Below are positions 30,454 through 39,723 of a stretch of DNA of 64,000 bases, in pieces. The notes under the pieces are model-generated. The model ran no database searches. It had not been told where the DNA came from and saw only the letters and a program-made list of their open reading frames with translations. Each line of letters starts with the position of its first letter. Positions within the stretch are counted from its first letter, which is position 1. The position numbers were made by a program, and so were the translations under genes. Location: positions 1,216,001 to 1,280,000 of the forward strand of contig OY764265.1 of NCBI GenBank assembly GCA_963668355.1. The letters are read 5' to 3'. Source of the stretch: Bdellovibrionota bacterium (GTDB lineage: Bacteria > Bdellovibrionota_G > JALEGL01 > DATDPG01).

Positions 30454-31293
30454 TTGATGATTCCTGAATTTCTCATCGCTGGCCATTTAACCTGTGACCT
30501 AATCAAAGATCGGAAACAACCGGGAGGGTCGGTTTTGTATGGCTCAAAAACGGCTGAGAAGATGGGTTATGCCTCCGCCCTTTGGACCTGTGCGAAGAAA
30601 AATTTTCCGGAGTCGAGTTTGTTGGGAAACATGTCTGTGGTTCGCTCTTCTTCCGAAAAAATCTCCACCTTCCATCACGAATGGTTGAAAGAAACCGGTG
30701 GCCGTCGGTTGCGATTGGATGAAATGGCCGCGCCCATTCAGGAGAAGACGTTACCTCCGGAGTGGAAGAAAAGTCGGCGCGTCATGATCGCTCCCATATG
30801 GAACGAGATCGGTCCGGAGGCTTTTCACTGGTTTGATACCGATTTCATTGGCTTGACGCCTCAAGGTTGGTTTCGCCAGAGGAACGAAAAGGGAGAGGTG
30901 TATTTTTCCAAATCGCGTTGGAAAGCTCTTCCACGAAAAGCCATGTTGATTGTGGTCAGTGAAGATGACATTGAGCAGGACCCAGAGAGCTGGACCTGGA
31001 TCAAAGCTTCGTCAAAGGTGGCGGTCAAAACCTTGGGGAAGAATGGCCATATTTTGGCGACAGAAGAGGGGGAGGTTCATTTGAAACCGCCTCATGTTTC
31101 CAGAGAGATGGATCCAACGGGAGCCGGAGATGTTTTTGCCTCAGCGATGCTGATTGCCCTTTCGGAAGGGCTGACTCCGGAAGATGCCGCATGCTTCGCC
31201 TCGGTGGCCGCATCATTTGTCGTCGAAAAACCCGGCGTAACAGGCCTCCCCAACCGCGAAGAAATGATGAAACGACTCAAAGAAACAAGATAA
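30454..31293 (+). CDS. PfkB family carbohydrate kinase
   Basis: PGGSVLY N-terminal motif and DPTGAGDVF signature. Confidence 0.85.
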   Translation: MMIPEFLIAGHLTCDLIKDRKQPGGSVLYGSKTAEKMGYASALWTCAKKNFPESSLLGNMSVVRSSSEKISTFHHEWLKETGGRRLRLDEMAAPIQEKTLPPEWKKSRRVMIAPIWNEIGPEAFHWFDTDFIGLTPQGWFRQRNEKGEVYFSKSRWKALPRKAMLIVVSEDDIEQDPESWTWIKASSKVAVKTLGKNGHILATEEGEVHLKPPHVSREMDPTGAGDVFASAMLIALSEGLTPEDAACFASVAASFVVEKPGVTGLPNREEMMKRLKETR

Positions 31294-31310
31294 ATTTGTT
31301 CCAAAAGAAG

Positions 31311-31525
31311 AAGTTCAGAGAAAGAGATCTTCACCTTCCTTCGCTCCGGTGTTCCATTTCCTCGATTCGTTACGGTCACTTCCGGAGGGGCCCCTCGTTG
31401 TCCGCAACGCGCCACCCCTACGGGGTGATCGCGTTTCGTCTCCGTTTCCCCTTCCTCACGTTCCCTAGACGAATCGGTCAATTTCACAGTCGCTCTTGAA
31501 GTTGAAGATCTCTTTCTCTGAACTT
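31311..31525. repeat. Perfect 23-bp inverted repeat enclosing ~170 bp with an internal hairpin (MITE/REP-like or structured RNA)
   Basis: AAGTTCAGAGAAAGAGATCTTCA (31311-31333) is the exact reverse complement of 31503-31525; internal CACCCC-TAC-GGGGTG. Confidence 0.8.
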
Positions 31526-31557
31526 TCTGTTTAACGAATCGGTTGAGGGGTCAAAAA

Positions 31558-31686
31558 AGCCGAAGTGCGAGGAGACAAGTTCTGAGCGAAAGCGTGTGGG
31601 GGGGAGCCGGACCGAAGGTCCGGGGGGGAGGTTCCCTCCCCCGAGGTATCGCTTTCGTCCAGAACTTGGCTTCGAGTACTTCGGCT
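31558..31686. repeat. Long branched GC-rich hairpin element
   Basis: Nested pairings AGCCGAAGT/ACTTCGGCT, CAAGTTCTG/CAGAACTTG, CGAAAGCG/CGCTTTCG with two terminal hairpins. Confidence 0.75.
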
Positions 31687-31693
31687 CGAAAAA

Positions 31694-33346
31694 CTAAAGG
31701 CCCAGGGCTTTGATTTTGAGTTGGTGGCCGGGTTTGATTTTGTGCCCGTTTAACTTATTCCAGGCTGAAATATCTGCCACGGTTACGCCATAGCGCCGGG
31801 CGATGTCCCACAAGGTGTCACCTCGTCGAACACGATGAACACGCCACCCTTTCTCTGTGGATGCGGAGTTCACGGTCATGGAGTCAACAGAGTTGATGAC
31901 TTGGTCGGAGTAAATTTTTAGTTTTTGACCGGGGAAGATTTTTTGCCAACGGCCCAAGCCATTCCACTTTCGAATCTGTGTCACGGTGACATCAAACTGC
32001 CGGGAGATCGACCAAAGCGTGTCTCCCCTTCGAATGAGATACGTGGAAGCTTGCATTCCTTTGGGTGGTTTGTAAGACACCGTTCGGGCTTTTCGTTTGC
32101 TTCCGCCACTTCCTTTGTAGGGAATGGCCAATTGTTGACCGGGCCTAAGCCGACTGGATCGGAGTTGGTTGAAAGATTTTAAGGCCGCAATGCTAACTCC
32201 ATAGGCCCTGGAAATATTCCACAAGCTATCGCCTCGTCGGACGACATGTCGGTCAACGCGAGAGATGGATTTCTTCCGAATCGTGGGATAAGCCGCGATG
32301 AACGATTTCTTAAGTCCAACAGGAACCTTTAATTCGTAATTGGACATATTGGGAGGTGTGACTCCGCGTCGCAGTTCTGGATTCAGCGTTTGCAGATCCT
32401 TTCGCGAAATGCCCAATTCCTGTGCAATGACGCTCAGTTCGGTGGGGTGGGGAACCAAGACCTTATCGTATTGCAGAGGCTCATGATATTTCAGGTCGGT
32501 AATTCCGTACCGGGCTGGATCTTTTGCAACCAAGGCAGCCGCAATCATCTTGGGCACATAATTTTTCGTTTCATGTCTCAAGTATCGATACTTGGACTTT
32601 GACATTTCCCAAAAATCTTCGGTGGAATAGCGTTTGATGGCGCGTGTGATTTTTGCCGCTCCGGCGTTGTAGCCAGCCGCAGCCAGATACCACGAGTTGA
32701 ATTGATCGTAGAGATCTTTTAAATGTTGAGCGGCCGCGATCGTGGATTTTTCCGGATCCCGCCGTTCATCAATCCACCAATTGACCTTCAAGCCGTAAAG
32801 GCGTCCGGTTCCTTTGATGAATTGCCAAGGTCCGCTCGCGCGGGCTCTGGAATAAGCATACGGTTTAAAACCGCTCTCAATCATGGCCAAGTAAATCAAA
32901 TCTTCCGGCAGGCCATTTTCTCGAAGAATTCGCTTCATCATGGGAACGTAGCGGGTGGATCGTTCCATCCAACGTTTCATGACCTTTCGTCCGCGGCCTT
33001 GAAAATAGTCTAGCCATTTTTCGACGCGTGCGTTGATTGTGATGGGAATATCAAATTGAGGTTTTTCATCCTCGGTAGCGCGTTCAATTTCGGCTTCAAC
33101 CTCAGCTCCAATTACGTCTCCTTTTTCCGAAGAAGAAGTTTCACGCAAAGAAGCATCCGACATGCCCACATAAAAAGGCTTGATGTCGTCTCCTGAACCT
33201 CGAGAAATTCGTTTGGCGGTGGTTTTGTGGGGGGAGCCCCCATCCGCAACCTGAGAAGGGCCTGGGCTCTTTGCACAGTGGGTCAAGCTGAGTGCGAGAA
33301 GAGGCAGCCAGATGAGCACACGATTTTGGGGTGTTTTTTTGTTCAT
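31694..33346 (-). CDS. MltD-like lytic transglycosylase (SLT plus three LysM)
   Basis: LAMIESGF, ASGPWQF, AAGYNAG, ETKNYVPK; three RRGD(S/T)LW.I LysM repeats. Confidence 0.9.
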   Translation of the reverse strand: MNKKTPQNRVLIWLPLLALSLTHCAKSPGPSQVADGGSPHKTTAKRISRGSGDDIKPFYVGMSDASLRETSSSEKGDVIGAEVEAEIERATEDEKPQFDIPITINARVEKWLDYFQGRGRKVMKRWMERSTRYVPMMKRILRENGLPEDLIYLAMIESGFKPYAYSRARASGPWQFIKGTGRLYGLKVNWWIDERRDPEKSTIAAAQHLKDLYDQFNSWYLAAAGYNAGAAKITRAIKRYSTEDFWEMSKSKYRYLRHETKNYVPKMIAAALVAKDPARYGITDLKYHEPLQYDKVLVPHPTELSVIAQELGISRKDLQTLNPELRRGVTPPNMSNYELKVPVGLKKSFIAAYPTIRKKSISRVDRHVVRRGDSLWNISRAYGVSIAALKSFNQLRSSRLRPGQQLAIPYKGSGGSKRKARTVSYKPPKGMQASTYLIRRGDTLWSISRQFDVTVTQIRKWNGLGRWQKIFPGQKLKIYSDQVINSVDSMTVNSASTEKGWRVHRVRRGDTLWDIARRYGVTVADISAWNKLNGHKIKPGHQLKIKALGL

Positions 33347-33476
33347 AAGTGCATGATTAAATAGACAAAAATCCCCGGCCCTTTCCGAGGATCTATCTTC
33401 GAGAATAGAAGGCGATTTCGTTTACGTCAATCGACTTTATGGAGGTTTCTCTCTTATTTCAGGGCCTTGTGCTAAC

Positions 33477-36185
33477 GTGAATATTTCACGAAAGATGAGA
33501 AGATGGTTCATAGCTCTGGCATTGTGGTTTTTGACGGGCGCAGCGCTTGCTGGCTCGGCGGATCCGTTGGTGCGAAATTATCGTGTGCAAGCCGATTTTT
33601 CGAAAATCTCACAAGGATCGTACGAGACCACGCTGGAAGTCGAACTTGAAAACGGATCGGCTCATACGCTCCAGGAATTGCTCTTTGTTTTATATCCTGG
33701 GCGTTTTCGTGATGAGCTTCCCGGTTTAAATGATCTGAATTTCCACCGCGTATATCCTCACGGAGTCTCCAGAGGTGATTTAGTTGTTCTCGACGTTCGA
33801 AATGCGAAGGGGGAGAAGCTGGCATTCGAGCGAACCGGAGATACCGAATTGCAAGTCTCTTTCTCCAAGCCCTTGGAACCCAAACAAAACGCACGATTGA
33901 TCCTGAGAAGTCGTGTGAAGGTACCTGAAAAATATGGTTCATTTGGACGCTACCGCGGGAAGACGACATTGGCGGGGGCATGGACGCCTTATTTGGCTGC
34001 ATTGGACGAAGAGGGTGTTTTTCACCCCGAGTATGGTCCTCCCCAGGCAAACTGGGACATCCGAGGGAAAACCGAACAGAATTTACTGATTGGCACCCAT
34101 CTCGTGAGAGTTCAAGGGAAGCCAAAAGAATTCACGCAAAAATTTCAGGGTGCAAGACAAGTCAGCCTTTGGTTTAGTCCGGAAGTCTTTGTTGAGGAGC
34201 ATGTTGGACGGTTTTTGAAAATCGAAACCATCATGTTTGAACAGTACAACCCCACGTCGACGCGATTTCGAGAGCTCATCCAAAAATGGTTGGAATTTGT
34301 GGAACGTCAAACCGACTTGCCGAAACCCGTTCAAAAACTTGTGATGGTTGAGTCTCCTTTGCGTCGGAAGCTCGCCGTTCGAGGCGAGCCCTATGGGTTT
34401 TTTTCTGACCGAACCTTCAAACTGGTTCGACCTCTCCAGAAATATCATGCCATTCCCTTGGTTCATGCCTTGTTTTATCAGTGGTTTTTTCCGCACGTGA
34501 GTCGTCGAGAAGATTCCCAAGACTTTTTTTGGGTCACCGATGCCTTGGCGTGGCGTTGGACTGAGAAGTTCATTCAAGATCGAAGGTATGAGCACGTGGA
34601 TGCGCGAAACATCCCCGCCGTTCGCGCCTTGAGTTTTCTATTTACGATTGATCGGGTCATCTACACTCCGCAATTTGCCTTCTATGATGTCTTTTATGAC
34701 TATGTATACCCTGTGGATCTGGTGAGAGATGATCCTCTTCTGTTCAATCATCACAGGCCATTCGGACGAACCATTTATGCTCACGTGGAGGATGAGCTCG
34801 GGCCTAGCGTTGCCAATGACGTGGTCACAAGCTACTTCAGAAATGATTCCAAAGCTTTTCGTATAGTCGCCCAAGACCAAGGAAAACATTCCTTGGAAAA
34901 AACGTTTTCGCGCTGGATGAAACCTCGTCCCAAAGTGAATTATGTATTGGGGGAACATCGAAAAAAGAAAACAGACGAGAAAATATTTCATGAAGTTGAT
35001 GTTGAGAGGATTTCAAAAAAGTCCTTTTCCGAGCCTGTGGAATTGTTGGCAAAAACCGACGGAGGAAAAACGAAATTATTGCGTTGGAAGGGAGAGGGAG
35101 GGAAGCACACGTATCGATTCGACACCGAAGAATCCATCGACGTGCTGGAAATCGATCCCCGACATCGTTTGTGGGAGACCACGTTGGCCGACAATCGGGA
35201 CCCTCCCAAATATAAATTTGTTGTGACTCAATATGTGTGGACCTACGACTTTAACGAGAACGAACCCACGATTTCACTGTCCGGAACGTTTCGGAGAAGT
35301 TATGGCGGGGCCAATCGGTACAATATCAGCGGAGGTTACTTTGGTGATGCTTACGGGGGCTCGGTAGGCTACTCCCGGCTGTTCGGACGCATTGTAGACA
35401 GTCTACGTTTGAGTCATGGCGTGGGTTTTGGTTTTTCCGTGAACCGATTGGACAATGAGTTGGTTCTGGCGACCGACGCGTCTACAGGCAATCAAGCGGT
35501 GGTTGAGACCGGAAGCAAGTCTTTTGTTACGGCATTGAGTGGAAGTTATTTTTTTGGAGATCAACTTTCCCTCACCAATCCCCTTCGAGGTGGCGGGGCC
35601 TCTTTTTCGGTGACTTGGGGGAGCAAATATTTTGGGGGAGATGCGAACTATTTTCGAGTGGGGACGGCGGGTTCCTGGGTGTTCCCCTTGCACCCGAACC
35701 ATCTTTTGGCTCTTCGAGGTGTGTTGAGACACTCTGGCGGGTCTGAAATACCCTCTCAATTACAATATGCTTTGGGGGGAGTGACTCGAATGAAAGGCTT
35801 GTCCATTGATGACGATCGCTTCAAGGGAAAAAACTTACTCTTATTGAGTGCCGAGTATCGCCATTTTCTGATGATCGATTTGGATGTGGACCTGTGGCTC
35901 TTTCAGATTCGAGACATTCAAGGAGCCTTGTTCAGCAATTGGGGACGCGTGACCGACACGATTCAAGAAACGGCCAACCAAGTTGCATTTGGCGCGACTC
36001 AACGAACAAAATTTTGGGACTTGTTCGATCCGCGCGATTTTCAGAGTGATGTCGGTTATGGCTTTCGATTCTTCATCGATTACTTGGGTGTCAGCCCATC
36101 TCTCTTGACCTTCGACATCGCCAAAAGCCTGACAGAATGGGACAATGGTTTAAGGTTTTACTTTGGTGTGACTCAAAGCTTTTAA
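33477..36185 (+). CDS. Exported protein: degenerate M1-aminopeptidase-like N-terminus fused to an Omp85/BamA-type beta-barrel
   Basis: Signal peptide; VHALFYQWF...WVTDALA at the HExxH/E position; EIDPRHRL; barrel with ALGG..RMKG, SAEYR, DVGYGFRF and terminal FYFGVTQSF. Confidence 0.65.
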   Translation: MNISRKMRRWFIALALWFLTGAALAGSADPLVRNYRVQADFSKISQGSYETTLEVELENGSAHTLQELLFVLYPGRFRDELPGLNDLNFHRVYPHGVSRGDLVVLDVRNAKGEKLAFERTGDTELQVSFSKPLEPKQNARLILRSRVKVPEKYGSFGRYRGKTTLAGAWTPYLAALDEEGVFHPEYGPPQANWDIRGKTEQNLLIGTHLVRVQGKPKEFTQKFQGARQVSLWFSPEVFVEEHVGRFLKIETIMFEQYNPTSTRFRELIQKWLEFVERQTDLPKPVQKLVMVESPLRRKLAVRGEPYGFFSDRTFKLVRPLQKYHAIPLVHALFYQWFFPHVSRREDSQDFFWVTDALAWRWTEKFIQDRRYEHVDARNIPAVRALSFLFTIDRVIYTPQFAFYDVFYDYVYPVDLVRDDPLLFNHHRPFGRTIYAHVEDELGPSVANDVVTSYFRNDSKAFRIVAQDQGKHSLEKTFSRWMKPRPKVNYVLGEHRKKKTDEKIFHEVDVERISKKSFSEPVELLAKTDGGKTKLLRWKGEGGKHTYRFDTEESIDVLEIDPRHRLWETTLADNRDPPKYKFVVTQYVWTYDFNENEPTISLSGTFRRSYGGANRYNISGGYFGDAYGGSVGYSRLFGRIVDSLRLSHGVGFGFSVNRLDNELVLATDASTGNQAVVETGSKSFVTALSGSYFFGDQLSLTNPLRGGGASFSVTWGSKYFGGDANYFRVGTAGSWVFPLHPNHLLALRGVLRHSGGSEIPSQLQYALGGVTRMKGLSIDDDRFKGKNLLLLSAEYRHFLMIDLDVDLWLFQIRDIQGALFSNWGRVTDTIQETANQVAFGATQRTKFWDLFDPRDFQSDVGYGFRFFIDYLGVSPSLLTFDIAKSLTEWDNGLRFYFGVTQSF

Positions 36186-36191
36186 TCTTTT

Positions 36192-36782
36192 ATGATCAAA
36201 TTCATGCGAAACGTGATTTCAGTTGCTCTCTTGGCATTTTTAATGGCCCCTCCGGCTTACGCGGCCAACAGTTCGTCTAGAGAAATTCGGGACCAGCTGG
36301 GGGAATTCATGGGGATTTTTCTCACCGTTCCCAATCGTCGTCATGCTAAGGAACGAGTAGTGGTTCGGGGCAACCAAAGAAGTGGGTACATCGCCGACAT
36401 TTGGCATTGGAGAAGTCTTTCGAAGCGGAACTCTGCCGAAGAAAAATGCCACGCGTATACTTGGTTGTTAGCGGGAAGAGGTCTTTATGGAAAGGGCGCG
36501 GGAGAGGCCTTTGATCGTTTTCCAGGCTTGAAAGAAATTAACCTACGATTTTTTGATGTTCAAACCGGAACCAAATTGGGAAAGAAGAAGGGGGAGGTTT
36601 TACCTACGGAGAAGATCATCCCCTATGCGCGTGTGGGCGTGAGTAAACGATCGTTTCAGCGAAAGAAAACTTCTGAGGAGCAATTGGAAAAAAGTCTGCA
36701 AGGGCGCAGATGCTCTAGTGTTGGGGCGAAATACGTCGATAAGAATTGGTTCAATAACGCCTACTTGGGATCCCGAAAGTAA
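36192..36782 (+). CDS. Hypothetical exported protein
   Basis: Signal peptide ending AYA; tight operon spacing. Confidence 0.65.
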   Translation: MIKFMRNVISVALLAFLMAPPAYAANSSSREIRDQLGEFMGIFLTVPNRRHAKERVVVRGNQRSGYIADIWHWRSLSKRNSAEEKCHAYTWLLAGRGLYGKGAGEAFDRFPGLKEINLRFFDVQTGTKLGKKKGEVLPTEKIIPYARVGVSKRSFQRKKTSEEQLEKSLQGRRCSSVGAKYVDKNWFNNAYLGSRK

Positions 36783-36784
36783 TT

Positions 36785-37222
36785 ATGCTGGTTTGGGTCG
36801 TCATTTTATTTTCTTCTTTGGTTTGTGCGGCTCCCATGGAGGATCTTCAACTTCAGCCCCAACTCGAACCCACAGAGCACGTCGAATATTGGATGAAAAC
36901 CTCTCGCCAGCACCCTCATCCCTTGATTCGAAAAAACGCCGTCCGAGTGTTGGGAACGCTCAAGGAAAAGATTTCGGTTCCCACATTGATCGAGGCGCTT
37001 CACGATGAGAATCATCAAGTTCGTCTTGAAGCCGCCAAAGCCCTCGGAAGGCAAGGGGATGAGAGAGCCTTCGGTCCCTTGCGCGAGGTCATCGATCGAG
37101 ATGCAGATCATTCCGTTCGAAGAGAAGCCCGGAGGGCGGTGGAATTGATCAATGCTTATCTAGAGTATCAAAAGAAAAACGAAGACGAAGAGAATCCGAA
37201 ATCTAACAAGGATGAGTCTTGA
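36785..37222 (+). CDS. Exported HEAT-repeat protein
   Basis: VPTLIEALHDENHQVRLEAAKALG HEAT_PBS-type repeats. Confidence 0.8.
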   Translation: MLVWVVILFSSLVCAAPMEDLQLQPQLEPTEHVEYWMKTSRQHPHPLIRKNAVRVLGTLKEKISVPTLIEALHDENHQVRLEAAKALGRQGDERAFGPLREVIDRDADHSVRREARRAVELINAYLEYQKKNEDEENPKSNKDES

Positions 37223-37473
37223 TGTTGCGACCCCGTTTGGATCAGCTTAAACGAAAGGAAGTTGTGGTTTATGCCAATGGCTTTCGTTACAAGGGCGTAT
37301 TACTCGAAGTTACGGAAACCGAGATCACGCTTCGTGCACCTACAGGATTTGTAAGCATTGCCATGGACGGAATTTCCTCGGTCAAAGAAGCGTCCACAGA
37401 AGTAGGACAAAAAGAATCCAATAAGTTCGTCGACCCAAGTTTCTACAACGCAGACGAAGAAAACGAAGAATAG
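37219..37473 (+). CDS. Small protein, possible Sm/LSm-like fold
   Basis: EVVVYANGFRYKGVLLEV....ITL.....VSIAMDGISSV beta pattern; acidic tail. Confidence 0.55.
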   Translation: MMLRPRLDQLKRKEVVVYANGFRYKGVLLEVTETEITLRAPTGFVSIAMDGISSVKEASTEVGQKESNKFVDPSFYNADEENEE

Positions 37474-37521
37474 TTTTGAAAAAACGTGGAGCCACTTCGA
37501 AGAAATGACTCCACGAAAAGA

Positions 37522-38571
37522 TTAACTGTTTTGCTTTAGACGTTCTTCGGCAATTCGAAGTGCCACTTGATCCGTAGGAGCATTTTCCTTGGCTGCAATT
37601 TCCAACACACGAGCCACAGAATTGAAAACTTCTTTGGTTTTCTTTTCCACAAAGACATGGTCTTTTTTGAGCCATTCGGAACCCACGTGAATGAGACCGC
37701 CCGCATTGATGACATAGTCCGGAGCATAAATGATGCCCTTTTCCATCAATTTTAGACTCATGTCTTCGCTGGCAAGTTGGTTGTTGGCGGCACCCGCGAC
37801 GACTTTACACTTCAGCTGATCAATGGTCTTTGCATTGATCGCGCCGCCCATGGCACAAGGTGCGAAGATATCGCAATCCACGCCATAGATGGCATCTACA
37901 CCGACGACTTCCGCGTTGAATTCCTCTTTGGCTTTTTCCAAAGATTCCTTATTCGTGTCGGTGACGATGAGTTTTGCACCCATCTCGTGAAGGTATTTGG
38001 CCAGGGGATATCCGACATGTCCCACGCCCTGCAAAGCCACTTTTTTACCTGAGATATCTGTGGAACCCCAAGCGGCCTCAGCACAGGCTTTGATTCCTTC
38101 TGCACATCCTAAGGCTGTGTAAGGAGAGGGATCTCCCCAGCCTCCCTTGTCCGGAGAGCAGCCCACGGCGTATTTGGTTGCACGATGAATGGTCGTCAAA
38201 TCCGCAGGAGAGGTGCCAGAGTCTTCCGTCGTGATGTAGGCACCTCCTAAGCCCTCCACCAATCGACCGAAGGCCAACAGAAGACTTTCTGTTTTCTTGA
38301 TGTTGGGATCTCCGAGGATAACAGCCTTTCCTCCACCTAGGTCCAACCCCGCGACCGAGGCTTTATAAGTCATGGACCGCGAGAGGTTTAAAACATCTTG
38401 AAGGGCTTCATCTTCATCTGCATAGGGATAAAAACGCGTTCCTCCCAAGGCAGGTCCCAGAGTTGTGTTGTGAACGGAGATGATGGCCCGTAACCCAGAA
38501 ACTCGATCATGTCCAAAAACAACTTGTTCATAACCATGAGCTTCCAATCGTTGAAATAGATTCGTTTTCAT
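37522..38571 (-). CDS. Leu/Phe/Val amino-acid dehydrogenase
   Basis: GPALGGTR, MTYK, GGGKAV, QGVGHVG, GAANNQL, PDYVINAGG. Confidence 0.92.
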   Translation of the reverse strand: MKTNLFQRLEAHGYEQVVFGHDRVSGLRAIISVHNTTLGPALGGTRFYPYADEDEALQDVLNLSRSMTYKASVAGLDLGGGKAVILGDPNIKKTESLLLAFGRLVEGLGGAYITTEDSGTSPADLTTIHRATKYAVGCSPDKGGWGDPSPYTALGCAEGIKACAEAAWGSTDISGKKVALQGVGHVGYPLAKYLHEMGAKLIVTDTNKESLEKAKEEFNAEVVGVDAIYGVDCDIFAPCAMGGAINAKTIDQLKCKVVAGAANNQLASEDMSLKLMEKGIIYAPDYVINAGGLIHVGSEWLKKDHVFVEKKTKEVFNSVARVLEIAAKENAPTDQVALRIAEERLKQNS

Positions 38572-38621
38572 AAGTTGGTGGGGTGTTTATGAGATGAAAG
38601 GCCGGTCGTCAAGGATGTCTG

Positions 38622-39284
38622 TCATGGTAACGAAGCGGGAATCAAACTCCCATAACCATCAAAGAGTCCCCCCGCCAGATAAGGAGTTCCCTTGGGGTCG
38701 CTTCGACGCTTTCGACGTAAAAAACTGTTGATTTTTTGCCCGCGGCTTCCTTTCCAAGAGTGAGGGTGGCGAAGATTCATGACATCTCGGCGAAACCGCC
38801 CTCCGAGATGGTGGAGAATGGTAACTGTTTGATTTGAATTCACTTTTTCGACAATCGCAATGTGGGTGAAGGCATCATTTAGACGCCGATCACGATTTCG
38901 ATCCCACGTATTGGAAAAAAAGACCACGTCCCCCGGTTTGGGGGGCCGATCTCGAAAAAGCTCACCATATCTTCGGATGAATTTTCGAATGATGGCTACG
39001 CCATTGCCCCGAATATTGAGCACATTGGCCCCTTCAAAAACATCAATGCCTGCGGAGAGGAGAACCGATCCCACAAAGCCGCTGCAATCATACGGAAAAT
39101 TTCGATGGCTTTGAGGCAAGCGATGGGTTCGAAGGGAGAAGCGAGCTTCATCCACAATGCGCATTCGCTTTTGGCTCTCAGAGAGACCATCCCAAAGAAG
39201 AGAGGGACGTGGTCCCCCATGGCATGCCCCCAAGAGCAAACAAGCCAACACAAGCACCCCGAGCTTCATCTTGATATGGATCAT
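38622..39284 (-). CDS. NlpC/P60 (CHAP-like) peptidoglycan hydrolase lipoprotein
   Basis: LLGAC lipobox; DCSGFV, PGDVVFF, THIAIV. Confidence 0.8.
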   Translation of the reverse strand: MIHIKMKLGVLVLACLLLGACHGGPRPSLLWDGLSESQKRMRIVDEARFSLRTHRLPQSHRNFPYDCSGFVGSVLLSAGIDVFEGANVLNIRGNGVAIIRKFIRRYGELFRDRPPKPGDVVFFSNTWDRNRDRRLNDAFTHIAIVEKVNSNQTVTILHHLGGRFRRDVMNLRHPHSWKGSRGQKINSFLRRKRRSDPKGTPYLAGGLFDGYGSLIPASLP

Positions 39285-39343
39285 GAAATTTATATCTGTT
39301 TCTACCTTGGCTAGAGCTTGACATTCTAAACGATGACGGCGAA

Positions 39344-39703
39344 ATGAAAACCATGGCTCAAGAAGATTGCCTATTTTGTAAGATAGCTGCCGGAGATATT
39401 CCTGCGGATCGGGTCTACGAAGACGACTCCGTGGTTGTTTTTCGTGACATTGAACCTCAAGCCCCGACGCATTTATTGATCATCCCTCGGAAACACATTG
39501 TTTCCTTGGCGCATGGGAAATCTGAAGATCAGGAACTCTTTGGACACATGATGGGACTGACGTCCAAGCTGGCCGAGCAAGAACAGCTTCCGGACAAAGA
39601 ATTTCGTGTGGTGGTCAACGCAGGGGCAAGTGCGGGGCAAACCGTATTTCATCTACATATTCATTTATTAGGAGGAAGGGACTTTTCTTGGCCCCCCGGT
39701 TAG
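39344..39703 (+). CDS. Histidine triad nucleotide-binding protein (HinT-like)
   Basis: DCLFCKI, DIEPQAPTH, QTVFHLHIHLLGGR, WPPG. Confidence 0.93.
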   Translation: MKTMAQEDCLFCKIAAGDIPADRVYEDDSVVVFRDIEPQAPTHLLIIPRKHIVSLAHGKSEDQELFGHMMGLTSKLAEQEQLPDKEFRVVVNAGASAGQTVFHLHIHLLGGRDFSWPPG

Positions 39704-39723
39704 ACTAGGTTCCTCATCAAATT

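Noticed and set aside
31092..31499. ORFs of 131 and 102 aa across the hairpin region
   Set aside because: They overlap pfkB and palindromic DNA, with no protein-like features
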